Source: Octopus vulgaris
Taxonomy: Eukaryota
Direction: 5' to 3'
NCBI GenBank assembly: GCA_951406725.2
Contig: OX597821.1
Coordinates: forward strand, 51,956,001 to 52,020,000
Length of the DNA: 64,000 bases
Shown piece by piece: positions 36,505 to 49,529 of this stretch (position 1 is its first letter; each line of letters opens with the position of its first letter). Made by a program: the position numbers and the translations under genes. Under the pieces are notes generated by a model. That model saw only the letters and a list, made by a program, of their open reading frames with translations. It was not told the DNA's origin and ran no database searches.

Positions 36505-36958
36505 TCTGTCTGGCAACCGTGTCGGTGGCACGTAAAAGCACCATCCGTTCGCGTCCGTTGCCAGCCTCGGCTGGCCCCCGTGCCGGTGACACGTAAAAGC
36601 ACCGTCCGTTCGTGGCCGTTTGCCAGCTCTGTCTGGCCCCGTGTCGGTGGCACGTAAAAGCACCATCCGTTCGTGTCCGTTGCCAGCATCGCCTGGCCCC
36701 GTGCCGGTGACACGTAAAAGCACTATCTGTTCGTGGCCGTTCGCCAGCTCTGTCTGGCACCTGTGCAGGTGGCACGTAAAAACACCCACTACACTCGCGG
36801 AGTGGTTGGCGTTAGGAAGGGCATCCAGCCGTAGAAACACTACCAGATCTGATTGGGCCTGACGAAGCCTTCCAGCTTCACAGACCCCAGTTGACCCGTC
36901 CAACCCATGCTAGCATGGAAAGCGGACGCTAAACGATGATGATGATGATGATGATGAT
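36505..36958 (+). mobile_element. 5'-truncated RTE 3' UTR with alternating tandem units of about 61 bp and a (GAT)n tail
   Basis: Four full units plus a partial one, each ending cacgtaaaa(g/a)ca. The 3' end matches 23630-23792. Confidence 0.85.
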
Positions 36959-37281
36959 ATATAATTATATGAGTTATGTTCCTTTTAACATAATTCTAAT
37001 TTCCCCTTCGTTTTTCTTTGTTTTTTTTTTGTTTTCTGGTGTTTTCACCTTTCCAGCTTTTACATCTACTTTCATCTCGCCTTTTCTCATATTTTCTTTT
37101 ATTCTGTCATCTTGTTTTAGTATGTACATGTCATGTGAGCACAGCCTGAAGATTGCACAAAGGCACCAGATGTGCTATAAAATGCTATACATATCATTTT
37201 CATTGCATGAAACTATTAGTGGCACATAAAAATACATACTGTGTTCATTAAAGAATATCTGCCTGTCTGTCTTTCTGTCTA

Positions 37282-37314
<33 letters not shown>

Positions 37315-37315
37315 G

Positions 37316-37454
37316 TAAAGTAAAGATTATTTGACAACCTAATGCGGTAATCCCGTTTGGAGTGAATGCTACTGTAGTTTGGCCCCAGAAGACAACAGTA
37401 GCATTTGTCCCAAACGGGACTGCCACATTAGGTTGGCAAATAATCTTTACTTTA
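37316..37454. repeat. 139-bp near-perfect palindrome (fold-back MITE or hairpin)
   Basis: Arms taaagtaaagattatttg(a/c)caacctaatg...tcccgtttgg...aatgctactgt match as reverse complements. Confidence 0.9.
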
Positions 37455-38317
37455 AAGTACTATTACTGAATATCTCTCATTGAGATTTAGGAACAATAAT
37501 GTTTCTATTTACACACACAATAAAAGTGTCAAGAATCAAGGTATTTAAATAAGAATGGCACCAAGGTAATGATGTCATTCTTTTGTTCATCAATAAAGAA
37601 CACGTCTGAAACAGCTGTAGTGAACCTCAGCCCATTTGTGTTGTTTTTACACACACACACACAGATATATATATATGCATTTGTGTGTACACATGTATTT
37701 ATGTGTGTAGCTATATATGCGTATAGAGAGACATGCAGGAAACACACACACACACACAAAATACAAACACATTAATCGTTTTAAAAATATTACTTGAAAG
37801 TATTAATTCAAAATATTACTTAGTGATGCAATTTCGTAAGAAAAGCTATTAGAGTGACCTCATTTGTATGAAGTTCAAGATATTTGGAATATTCCCATGA
37901 GAACCAGAAATGAAATGGAAAACATGAGCTTGAAGCAACCATTTTTGTATGCATCACACACAAGGATGGATTTTTTCTTAAAAAATGAACATCAAGATAA
38001 GCATCTTCTTCAAAAATTTCATATAATATTTCAAAGATGCATTCAATGAACTAAATTTCAAAAGAAAAGCAGGTCTGGATTATTTGCTGAGTGATTGGAA
38101 ATGTGTAACTTAGAGTATTGGAATGAGGAGGCTTTCAGTTGTAATGTATTAAAAGAACATTCTACACTTCTGCATTGAGTTTTGTAAGTTATCGCTTCAG
38201 GTGAATCAACAGATGCGCGCGTGCATGTGTGTGTGTGTGTGTGCGTGTATACATGTGTGTGAGCTCATTATTCCTTTCAAATGTCATTCCATTCATCCAT
38301 CCATTTATTTAAATATC

Positions 38318-38420
38318 GACCTACCTACCTGCCTATCTATCTATCTATCTATCTATCTACCTACCTACCTATCTATCTATCTACCTACCTACCTATCTAT
38401 TTATCTATCTATCTACCTCT
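38318..38420. repeat. (ATCT)/(ACCT)n tetranucleotide repeat
   Basis: Direct reading. Confidence 0.9.
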
Positions 38421-39562
38421 GTCTATCAATCCATCTATCTTTCCACATCATTATTTCTTGCTTTCTTTTTTTATTTTCCTACATTAAATATGTCACTACT
38501 AACTTACCTCCAGCTACATTTGATTGGTTTATCTCTGTTTTAGATCAGTTGGAGTGAAGTTGTCCAGCTCTTTCTAATAAAATAACATTAAGTGAGATCT
38601 TAAAGAGATATTTTATAGGACTGGTGCCAATGGACTGAGACAAAATCAATACTATTGATTTTGTCTTCTGTTAGTCATTCAATAATTTCTTGTGACTCAA
38701 CTAATATGTAGGTAGGTTGTTATGGATGTTGGAGACATCAGCTGCATGGAATAAAAAGAGCTGAAGTATTCAGGATAATAAATATCACAAAATCCCTTAA
38801 CAGTAACATAATGTTACCTTGTTATGATAGGAACAGATTTCAATCTTTGTTTATAAGTTGTTTTTTTAATATATATTTAGAATAGTTTTAAATAGTTTAC
38901 TAACTGTCACCAAATCAAACAGTTGCCTCACCAAGTTTTAGTCAGCAAGCTCACTTCAGGAAAAAGACCACCAACTCAAACAACACTGAAAGCTATTGGA
39001 ATTGGTCTTAAATCATTTGAAACACAAATCTGAGACTGTACTTAGTTGTGGTGTTTCATCACCACTGGAACCAACAAAACCTTCAAAGTTACCAGAAGGG
39101 GAATGGAAGAAATCAAATGATGGGAGAGAAAGGCTCAACAAATTCAACCTAATCTTCTACCAAGATTACCATGCAATCAAAGCCATCGACCCTTCTCAAC
39201 AAGAATTGGTCTACTTAGTCATCAATGCCATCACCATAAAAGAAGTGTTTGGTAAAGAAGAAAATAAATTCTTCGATACAAGATAAAATTGTCACTGCTG
39301 ACATATATATAAATACATGCAAGAAATAAAGGATCAAAGCTCCTTCCCAAGTCTTAGGTTTTTAAGGTCAATTTCCTGGATACTGTAGTGTATATATTCA
39401 TTCAGTGTCTGTTGCAGAATTACTTAATTTTTGTCAGTTGAGCTGAGTGGAGCAACATGAAATGAAGTGTTTCTACTGGAGAACCCAGTCCAGGAATCAA
39501 AACTAAAATCTTACAATCATGAGTGTAACATTGTAACCACTAAACCATGCACATCTACATAT

Positions 39563-39942
39563 GGAAGATGGATGGAAGCACTCCGTCGGTTACGACGACG
39601 AGGGTTCCAGTTGATCCGAATCAACGGAACAGCCTGCTCATGAAATTAATGTGTAAGTGGCTGAGCACTCCACAGACACATGTACCCTTAACGTAGTTCT
39701 CGGGGATATTCAGCGTGACACAGAGAGTGACAAGGCTGGCCCTTTGAAATACAGGTACAACAGAAACAGGAAGTAAGAGTGAGAGAAAGTTGTGGTGAAA
39801 GAGTACAGCAGGGATCACCACCATCCCCTGCCGAAGCCTCGTGGGGCTTTAGGGGTTTTCGCTCAATAAACACTCACAACGCCCGGTCTGGGGATCGAAA
39901 CCGCAAGTCCGCTGCCCTAACCACTGGGCCATTGCGCCTCCC
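39563..39942 (-). mobile_element. tRNA-derived SINE family C, young copy
   Basis: Minus-strand head gaggcgcaatggcccagtggttagggc...ggtttcgatcccc. 13-bp TSD CACATCTACATAT at 39550-39562 and 39943-39955. Confidence 0.85.
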
Positions 39943-40407
39943 CACATCTACATATATGCACACACACACACACATATACATACACATGTACACACACATA
40001 AGTATATACAGTGAGTTATGCTGGATGAATGAGAAAGGAGCACTCAGTACATTTTCTAGAGAACATGGTTTTATTTAAACTGAATGTTTGTCTCAATTTC
40101 AGTTTCATGCTACTGCAATCTTCAGGCAAGAATTCCCTTTGCCTAAAGATCACAGTGGTATGAAACTTGAACATGAATCACTCAAGTTAAATATAAAAAT
40201 ATATGTGTGTCTGTGTGTGCATCCATGAGCAAGTATGCATATCAGTTACAATATATTTTTGTTTTCAAAATTTGATACTTATTCTAGTGGCTTCTATTTT
40301 TGATTAACCTTTTAGTTATATGTGTAATGGTGTACAATTAAAGCTAGTTGTAAAACAGTGTCAAATAAAGACATGATATGAAGAAAGATATACATAGATT
40401 CTCTCCT

Positions 40408-40453
<46 letters not shown>

Positions 40454-40827
40454 GATAGGCTTCTGCATAGTTTCCTTCTACCAAGTTCCCCACAAGGCGT
40501 AATACTAGAAGATATTTCTAATTTGCCCAATGTTCAATAATAATGAAGTCAAATCATGGGTTGAAAACAGACTTCTTAATTACAAATCCATACCTGCACC
40601 TATTTACACTCTGTATCTTTTATTTCTTATTTACTTCAGTCATTGGGCTGTGGACATACTGGGTTTAATTGAACAAATCGATCCCTGTACTATTTTAAGC
40701 TTGCTACTTATACTATTGGTCACTTCTACTAAGTTGCTAAGTTAAAAGGGGCATAAACAAACCAATACTAGTGGTCAAATGTTAGTGGGGGACGAACACA
40801 ACACAAAGATACATGCACACATATATG

Positions 40828-41752
40828 CATATAAGTGAAGGCAAGCTAAAAGCAGGAATCTTTGTTGGCCCTCAGATTTGGGAATTGATGAGGGACAAGC
40901 ATTTTGAGGAAGCATTAGCAAGTGTCGAAGTGAATGCCTGGTTTTCCTTCAAGAAGATTCTCCCAGAATATGAAAAAATGATCCAAGACCTGATATCAAA
41001 TTTCCAACAACTTGAGTCTAGAATGAGTGTGAAGATGCATTTTTTGCACTCGTATCTTCACTATTTTCCCAAGAATTGTGGGGACTATGGTGAGGAACAA
41101 GGAGAGTGGTACCATCTAGATATTTGCATCATGGAAACCCGATACCAGGGCAAATGGAATGTCAGTATAATGGTGGATTACTGCTGGTCATTGAAACGTG
41201 ATTGTCCCAATGCACAGCACAAGCAGAAGTGAACGCAGTCCTCCTTCCTTTGAATCAATATGTAGGCTAACCATTAGGAGCATATTTTTTTACATTCATT
41301 TGGTTTGATGTTGATAATTCGGATTCATTTCATGAACGTGGTTCATTTCATGTTGATTTGGAAAACATATGTTCTTAAAACTAACAGAATGTGCCTTTCC
41401 TTGTTTACTTGCTTCATTTGAATAAAGTAACAATTTATACATTAAATTAATGATAATATACAAATGTTATTATTAATTTAGCGTATAAATTGCCTATAAA
41501 TTGTTATAGCATGCTGACTACCTGATAAAGATCACTAATGTGCTTTTTATCCTTATATCCTATTATGAATTAATAAATAAAGTAGCAATTTATTAAAAAT
41601 TTACATTTTTTATTATCATTAATTTGTATTTTATTCAACATCCTTATGTAACAGAGCAAATTGGTTTGGATACTTAAGTCAACAACCCAAGAATATGTAA
41701 CATCACATCCATGAATAAAATTTTTTTTTAAATTCCCAAATGCAGACCAGTG
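40828..41752 (+). mobile_element. Chapaev3-like (CMC superfamily) transposon 3' half with transposase C-terminus
   Basis: ORF 40813..41232 has GIFVGPQI..MSVKMHFLHSYL.YFP.N.G...EQGE.YH.DI..ME.RYQGKW...DYCW. Terminus ...GACCAGTG|TTA. Family assignment is from motif recall. Confidence 0.7.
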
Positions 41753-42337
41753 TTATTTATTCATATTGTTTTGAATTAAAAATGCATTATCTTGTAACTT
41801 CAAAAGTTTTGATGATCGAGAGTTTATTTTTAGAATGACATTGTAGGGTAGGTGTTAGAGGCTGGATATCGCCTGTTTGCACACAAAACAGGTAGAATGT
41901 TTTGGCTAGATATGACCAGTTTAGATACTAAAGGATTAAATACTATATGTAATCCTGACATGATATTCATTTATATTAAGTAGAGGAGTTTTGTCAGCCA
42001 CATAACAAAACTGGTACCTATTTACTATACAGCCAACAAACCAATATCATAATTAATTTGCCAAATACCATCTATTACCTTGTCTGGAGATACTTTCATT
42101 TACAATTCTAAAATCCATGGAAACAGAATAACTTTTAAGATTTAATATGCCAGTATGCTGGTTTTACCTCTTTCAGTTGTCATTAGTAATCTCTGATATT
42201 TTTTGATACATTAAATCATCAGCTGCAAAACATTTCATGTTTTATGTTTTTATACATCATTTAAGATGAGTTATTATGTCTGAAATGCTCAATGTTCTTT
42301 GGATTTTGCAAGACAAAAAAAGAAAAGAAAAAAAAGC

Positions 42338-43092
42338 TAGGCACAGGCATGACTGTATTTAAGATGCTTGTTTCAAAACCATGTTGCCTTGGGTTATGCC
42401 ACACTGCATGCCGCCTTGAGCAAGCCTTGTGAGGGGATATGGTACACAGAAACTGAAAGAAGCCAGCCTGCCATATATATATATATATATATATCACTTA
42501 AAGTGGATGGAATTCGTAGAAGAGGGAGGTCCAGGAATACATGGGATAAAGTATTGAAGGCCAATCTCAAGACACTGAGACATCTGGCGCTTTGCAGGAC
42601 TCAAGAAGACCCATCCATCACAGCAGAATTGATACTGGTGCTGGTGCCACATAAAAAGCACCCAGTACGTTCTCTGGAGTGGTTGTCATTAGGAAGGGCA
42701 TCCAGCCATAGAAACCATGCCAGAACAGACAATGGAGGCTGGTGCAGCCCCTGGCCTTACCAGCTCTGATCAAACCTTCCAATCCATGCCAGCATGGAAA
42801 ATAGACATTAAATGATGATAATGATGATGATGATATATGTATGTATGTATGTATGTATTATATATACATAGATATAGATAATATATGTATGAGTGTCTTT
42901 ATGTTTTTTGTTTGTCCCCAACCACTGCTTGACAACCAATCTGGTTTGTTTACCTCCCCATAACTTTGTCAAAAGTGACCTACAGAGTGAGTACTAGGCT
43001 TAAGTACCGGGGTTAATTTGTTCAAATGAATATTTCAAGGTGATGCCCCAGCAAGGCTACAGTCTAGTGATTGAAACAAGTAAAAGTTAAAA
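42338..43092 (+). mobile_element. SINE A split by an RTE 3' end fragment (about 42497-42835)
   Basis: VDGIRRRGRSRNTWDKVLK plus the RTE 3' UTR, lying between SINE halves. Confidence 0.75.
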
Positions 43093-43594
43093 GAAGGAAA
43101 AGATACCTTAATATTTATGTTGCTAATATATATTAATAAAGTGTCTAATTTAATTTAGTTTAATGCTCATAATAAAAAATTTTCATTTGAATTTTTAACA
43201 CTTTTCACAATCATAACATTGAGAATTTTTATACATGGAAACTTTGTTATTATGATAAATAAGAAATAAAACATGAGCTGATCTTTATATAGCCTTACAC
43301 AACCAAGAATTAAGTGCTATAAAATATCAGAGACCTCATGTGGCTGAGAAGATAATATAAACACCATAGCTGGTGTATTTATTGACCTTTTATGGCCAAT
43401 AATTTAAGTGGATGCAGCTTACTTGATTACTATGGAACAAGAGTTAGCACAGTCACCTAAATTAGGACAGATAAATGGTTAAAATCTCATGGGTGGTACT
43501 GTGCACAGTTGTTCTATCTTGGATTCAAGTTTATAGAGTACTTAATTTAATTTAACATTCATAATAGAAAATTTTAACCATTTTATTTTATAAA

Positions 43595-44335
43595 AGGTGC
43601 AGGTGAGGCTGTGTGGTAGGAAGTTTGCTTCCCAACCATATGGTTCTGGGTTCAATCATTCTGTGTGATACCTTGGGTAAGTATTTTCTACTATAGACTT
43701 AGGCAGAGCAAAGCCTTGTGAGTGGATTTGGTAGATGGAAACTGGAAGAAGCTCATTGTAGATATATGTTGTGTATTTGCCCCCACCAATACTTGATTCT
43801 TTGATTTGCTTCCAGGTCTGGAATTTTTTCTTCAATTCTTCTACTGATTTAGCTCTATGAACTAAGTCATAAGTATATAGGATTTCCCATGGACAACTAA
43901 TTTTACATGTCTATGTTACTGTACTCATTACTAACTCTCACCTTGTTAACTGTGCTTCTATATATGCATGGTATGGACCTCACAAGCCATTAGTCTACGC
44001 TTCGCGTTCTTAGTAGCCACTAGCTCACAGAATAAGGCATTCTGTTGAAGGCCTTCTCTAGGATGAAGAATGCCAGGTATAGTGGCTAACTCTTAGCTAA
44101 GTACTTCTGCAGGTGTCTCACTAGGAAGATGGTATCAGTAGTATTTATTTCTGGTTCAAAACCAAACTGTATCTCATCCAATCTAACTTCTCTTTCTAAT
44201 CAATTTTACAATAATTCTTCCCATAACTTTCATAACTTGCTCCAACAACTTGATGCATCTGTAGTTTTCTCTCTCTAGTACATCTCTTCTGCCCCTTGTA
44301 GCAGTTGACAATGCTAGTGTACGTTAGTGACTGAG
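43595..44335. mobile_element. SINE A 5' part (+) followed by a decayed RTE RT fragment (-)
   Basis: Similarity to other copies. Confidence 0.7.
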
Positions 44336-44409
44336 TATGACATGTTTCAAGTAGATGGAAGGGTAGGTTACCTATACACATATATATATATATATCACCA
44401 TTCACATAA

Positions 44410-44970
44410 CTGGCACTCCATCAATTTCGACAACAAAGATTCTAGTTGATCCAATCAATGGAACAGCCTGCTCATGAAATTAATGTGCAAGTGGCTGAAC
44501 ACTCCACAGACATGCATACTCTTAATGTAGTTCTCAGGAAGGTTCAGCATGACACAGAATGCGATAAGGCGTGAGTTGGCAGAAACGTTAGCATGCCAGG
44601 GAAATGCTTAGCAGTATTTCGTCTGCCATTACGTTCTGAGTTCAAATTCCGCCAAAGTCGACTTTGCCTTTCATCCTTTCAGGGTTGATAAATTAAGTAC
44701 CAGTTATGCACTGGGATCGATGTAATTGATTTAATCCCTTTGTCCTTGTTTGTCCCCTCTATGTTTAGCCCCTTGTGGGCAATAAAGAAATTAGAATGTG
44801 ACAAGGCAGGCCCTTTGAATTACATGAACTGTTCATTTTTGCCAGCTCAATGGACTAAAGCAATGTGAAATGAAGTGTCTTGCTCAAGAACACAATGTTC
44901 CACAGGGAATCAAACTCCTAACCTTATGACCATGAGCCACATACCCTAACTACCAAGTCATGTGCTTTCA
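44410..44970 (-). mobile_element. SINE C-related element interrupted by SINE B (+, about 44567-44792)
   Basis: 44410-44565 matches 39578-39735. Degenerate TSD agaatgcgataaggc / agaatgtgacaaggc. Confidence 0.8.
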
Positions 44971-45588
44971 CATCACCATTCACATACATTCTTACATACA
45001 CATATATTCATTTACATAAACTTATATATACATGCATATACATACACTTTCACATGTACAGATAAACATACACATATGCATGCATAAACATATATTCATT
45101 TTAAAACTGAACCATCAATGTCACCAACCTCACAGCCAGGCCTGGAAAAGTCATGGTGACTGTCCCTTCCTCATAACTAAAACCATGAGCAATACACCTG
45201 CATGTACACACACATACACACATCAATTAAAACCTGTCCCCCCCTCTCTCTCTCTCTCTCATACACCTTGTTTTCTTTGACTTTTCAGATTAAAAAAAAT
45301 AAAATAAAATACCAACAAAAAGCCATCAAATAAAATTCTGCTATTTTTAATCATACAAGGTTTTAGTGTTGATGCCATGGAATTCTTCAGTTTCAATTAT
45401 AGCAGCTATTCAAATATCCCTTAATACGACGAATTTAATGAAACCAATACTGAGCAAGATTAGATGGAAAATAGCCAATATCATTGGCAAAATTCTTAAT
45501 GACTATCAATGTCCGAGTCAATTCTTCAACAGGTATTGCTAGGATAATATGATAAAAATGCTTGAGTTAACAAAGGAAACCTCTACAT

Positions 45589-45754
45589 AGGCGCAGGAGT
45601 GGCTGTGTGGTAAGTAGCTTGCTTACGGACCACATGGTTCCGGGTTCAGTCCCACTGCGTGGCACCTTGGGCAAGTGTCTTCTACTATAGCCTTGGGCCG
45701 ACCAAAGCCTTGTGAGTGGATTTGATAGACGGAAACTGAAAGAAGCTCGTCGTA

Positions 45755-45800
<46 letters not shown>

Positions 45801-46020
45801 CATGTGTGTTTGTGTGTCTGTGTTTGTCCCCCTAGCATTGCTTGACAACCGATGCTGGTGTGTTTATGTCCCCGTTACTTAGCGGTTCGGCAAAAGAGAC
45901 CGATAGAATAAGCACTGGGCTTACAAAGAATAAGTCTTGGGGTTGAGTTGCTCGATTAAAGGTGGTGCTCCAGCATGGCCTCAGTCAAATGACTGAAACA
46001 AGTAAAAGAGTAAAAGAGAG
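45589..46020 (+). mobile_element. SINE family A, young full-length copy
   Basis: Intact A and B boxes, CpGs retained, (GTAAAAGA)n tail. Confidence 0.92.
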
Positions 46021-46898
46021 TATAGTTGCTCAACTTGGTTGAAATAACAACCAAATTTTACTCAAGCTACATTAAATTAGGTAGGACACATTAAATACAC
46101 TCTATTTCTAAATTTTAAAAAATGCCCACAACAGAAACAACTTTGATCATATATATACAGAATTAGGGTTGACCTAGGATCAAAGTTAACACTGAAGTTA
46201 AAAATATATTACATTTGATCATTGATCTGCTGGGTCAGAGCTGACCTGGGGCTAACCAGCAAAGGAGGATACATGAGATAATGTAGTTCCAAATACATCA
46301 TGTTTAAATAAAATGCTAGATGGTCACACCCGAGAGATCTCTTCTGTTTCACAGCCAGATGATATGATTTTTTAAAACATTTTTTCACACAAATTACAAT
46401 TTGCAAGCTAATTATGATAATTACAATCATCTTTCGAGAAACTAGTAATCCTTTGTACTGTAGGTCAAGGCCTGAACTTTTGGTGAAGGATCTTTTCGAT
46501 TATATTGGTCCTAGTGTTTAACTGGTACTTATTTCATTGACCTTGAAAGACAAAGTAGACTATGGTAGCATTAATTAATAATAAAATCTGTGATCCTAGA
46601 CCTACAAGACTAGGATCTAGCAAGTCAGGGAGAAGGCTTGTCTTATGTATATGATTATAACTTATTGCTACATTGTTACAGAAAGTGTTCATGCAATACA
46701 AAAGAAGAAATATTTAGATGAAATGACATATATGACAAGTGCAAAAAGCCTGTCAGAAATTCAACAGTCACGCTGATTTTTACACATCAGTACATATTCT
46801 TGTTGCCTGCTGTGGCGTGTTTTTATCTATCATGCCATGTTGAACATGCAGCTGTGAAAAACAGTTATGTGTTGAGAGTGAACACCACCAGGACCAGA

Positions 46899-47220
46899 AT
46901 CATCATCATCATCATCGTTTAACGTCCGCTTTCCACGCTAGCATGGGTTGGACGGTTCAACTGGGGTCTGGAGAGCCCGAAGGCTGCACCAGGCCAGTCA
47001 GATCTGGCAGTGTTTCTACAGCTGGATGCCCTTCCTAACGCCAACCACTCCGAGAGTGTAGTGGGTGATTTTATGTGCCACCGACACAGTTGCCAGACGA
47101 GGCTGGCGAATGGCCACGCTCGGATGGTGTTTTTTATGTGCCACCGACACAGGTGCCAGACGAGGCTGGCGAACGGCCACGATCGGATGGTGTTTGTTAC
47201 GTGCCCACAGCACGGAGGCC
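46899..47220 (-). mobile_element. 5'-truncated RTE 3' UTR with tandem units of about 62 bp
   Basis: Reverse match to 23442-23792. Confidence 0.85.
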
Positions 47221-47512
47221 AGTCACTATGAGATTTTCACACTCAAATGAGTTGTATTTGTAGGCTCTGTTCGCAGAAGGCTCTAGTCATGCCACCAGTC
47301 TATCATACGAACAACAGCCATTGATTGGGCTGAAATTGAGTTTGTGCACATGATCAACTTGTGATTTCTGTGTGGCAAAACATAGGGTCAAATCCAACTG
47401 TTATAAGGGTTTAACCTGGAGTTAAAAAAAAAACAACAACAAAAAACAGAACAACGACAATGGCAGCTACAATAACAGTGACAACACTCACATGTAGACT
47501 ACATGTACTTAC

Positions 47513-47687
47513 CAGTATGTATTCCAATTCGAAGTTTTAACTGGTCATTTGGTCGATGTCGAATTTTAAATGAGAGCACACTTCTAAGTAATGCTAATGA
47601 CATTCTTGCTATTTCTCTGGCATGAAGATTGCCATTCCTCACTGGAAGTCCAGAGGCAACCATATAGGCATCGCCTATCGTTTCAAC
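47513..47687 (-). CDS. Receptor-type guanylate cyclase, catalytic-domain exon (175 bp): [58 protein letters not shown](G)
   Basis: Manual minus-strand translation. Acceptor ttttcag at 47688, donor gtaagt at 47512. Contains the class III cyclase motifs VETIGDAY and LRIGIHTG. Not reported in the ORF track. Confidence 0.97.
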
Positions 47688-47924
47688 CTGAAAACATAAT
47701 AAAACAAAATTTTGGTGGATTAGTGTAATCAGTAGAGTAGTAGGAAAATACCTTGTGGTACTTAGTTATGTCCCTTAATATTACAAGTTCAAATCCTGCG
47801 AAGGTCAACTTTGGAATGAAAGATATTTCCCAATATGAAGTCTTGGACATACCTACACAAGTGACCCCCCCCCCCAATGACTTTGTTTCCTCATAACATT
47901 GGCTATCTTTTGATGAAATTTTCC

Positions 47925-48298
47925 GTGTGGTGGCATTTTAAGTTTGCTTCCCAACCACATGGTTTCGTGTTCAGTCCAACTGCATGGCACCTAGGGCAGG
48001 TGTCTTCTACGGTTGCTTCAGACCGACCAAAACCTTGTAAGTGGATTCAGTAGAGGGGAAACTGAAAGTACTTTATTGTATATATAAATGTGTATGTGTG
48101 TGTTTATCTGTTTTTATTGCCTACCACCGCTTGACAACTGGTGTAGGTCTGTTTACATCTCCGTAACATAGCGGTTAGAGAAAAAAAAACCATAGAATAA
48201 GAAGCAGGCTTGAAAAATGTAACGGGGGTGATTCGTTTGATCTAAGACACTTCAAGATGATGCCCCAGCATGGCCGCAGTCTAATGACTGAAACCAAA
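47925..48298 (+). mobile_element. SINE family A, diverged
   Basis: Similarity to 45589-46020. Confidence 0.8.
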
Positions 48299-49093
48299 GA
48301 AAAACAAAACCCCTTTTAAATGGTGTGCATTGCAATTATATTGCAATTTTTCAAGAGTAGGAGAGAGAAGTTTCGCATAATTCACACGAGTGGACTTTGT
48401 TTCCTCATAACATGCAGAAAACGGGTATTTTTTTTTTTTATGAGATTTCATTTTAGAAAATATCCATTCTTCCAAAAGTTATGAAGAAATAATGTTGTGG
48501 TTTGGGGCATACTTGTGTAGGTATACCAAGTCTTGAGCCGATGTTAGAAGTAATTGTAAATTTTGTTATTGAGCTACGTAGAACGCCGAGAAAATTTTTG
48601 TTAATTTAGTCTTGAATTCATTTAGTTCGGCCATAAATCAAAGAAAAGCGACATTGGATTCAATGGGATTAAGTAAAAAAAAAAAAAAAAATGGAAAAAG
48701 CTCATGTCAACAGGTAAACTAGCAACTTGAATGAATAAAAAAAAATACGGCTGTCTCGTAATTTTAACTTGTTTATGTAAATATTCCCGGCTAAATTTGG
48801 AATGTTTAGCATTATATTTGTAAAATGCATAGCCGGAAGGAAGAGGCTGTCGAAAACTCACATTACTTCCTCGAAATGGAGGAGATATAGATACCTCTCT
48901 CGGTAATCTGTAAAGCAAACAGACGAACTATTTGTAACCATGTTAACAAGGAAGTTCACTTTTTAAAAAGCGAGGTGTGGTAGGAAGTTAGCCATGATGA
49001 CAAATGTAACAGTGACATTGAATTTGTCGGTTGCCTCATTGAATTTCGTTTCGAAGGGCAAAATTTGTTTTTTTTTTCTTTTGTTTTTATTCC

Positions 49094-49124
<31 letters not shown>

Positions 49125-49529
49125 CGAGAAAATTGTAATATTCTTTCGTTATAAGTAAATAAAATGGCTGACGAAAATCGTGAGGGAATTAAGAATTGAC
49201 GACAACCTATAAAAATCAGTAACAAAATTGAAAAGAATTCTTTTTTTTTTAAATTGCAGGGATGGCGGTGGTGGAAGAATAAGATTTACTGCATTTTTGA
49301 CTCAATATATTTTTTTACAAATGTTAGCTACATCAGCTAAGCGAAAAACTTTCTCTAAATGCATAAAAAAAAAGCTATAACATATTCAGAACACTATTTC
49401 AGAAAGTTATCGCCGTTTTCTTTGAGCATTTAAAAGACAAATTTAGTTGGGACAAAATAAGTAAAGACATGGTAAATTTAGTTCTTCACTTCTCCAGAAT
49501 TACATTTGAAAAGAGACTCACTCATACAC

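Noticed and set aside
38996-39286. 96-aa non-repetitive ORF on the + strand
   Set aside because: No recognisable motif, no ATG start and no convincing splice sites. Probably a decayed TE fragment, though a BLAST search would be needed.
45589-45665. tRNA-like sequence with A and B boxes
   Set aside because: It is the head of a multi-copy SINE and I could not fold a complete cloverleaf. The same applies to 31291 and 39942.
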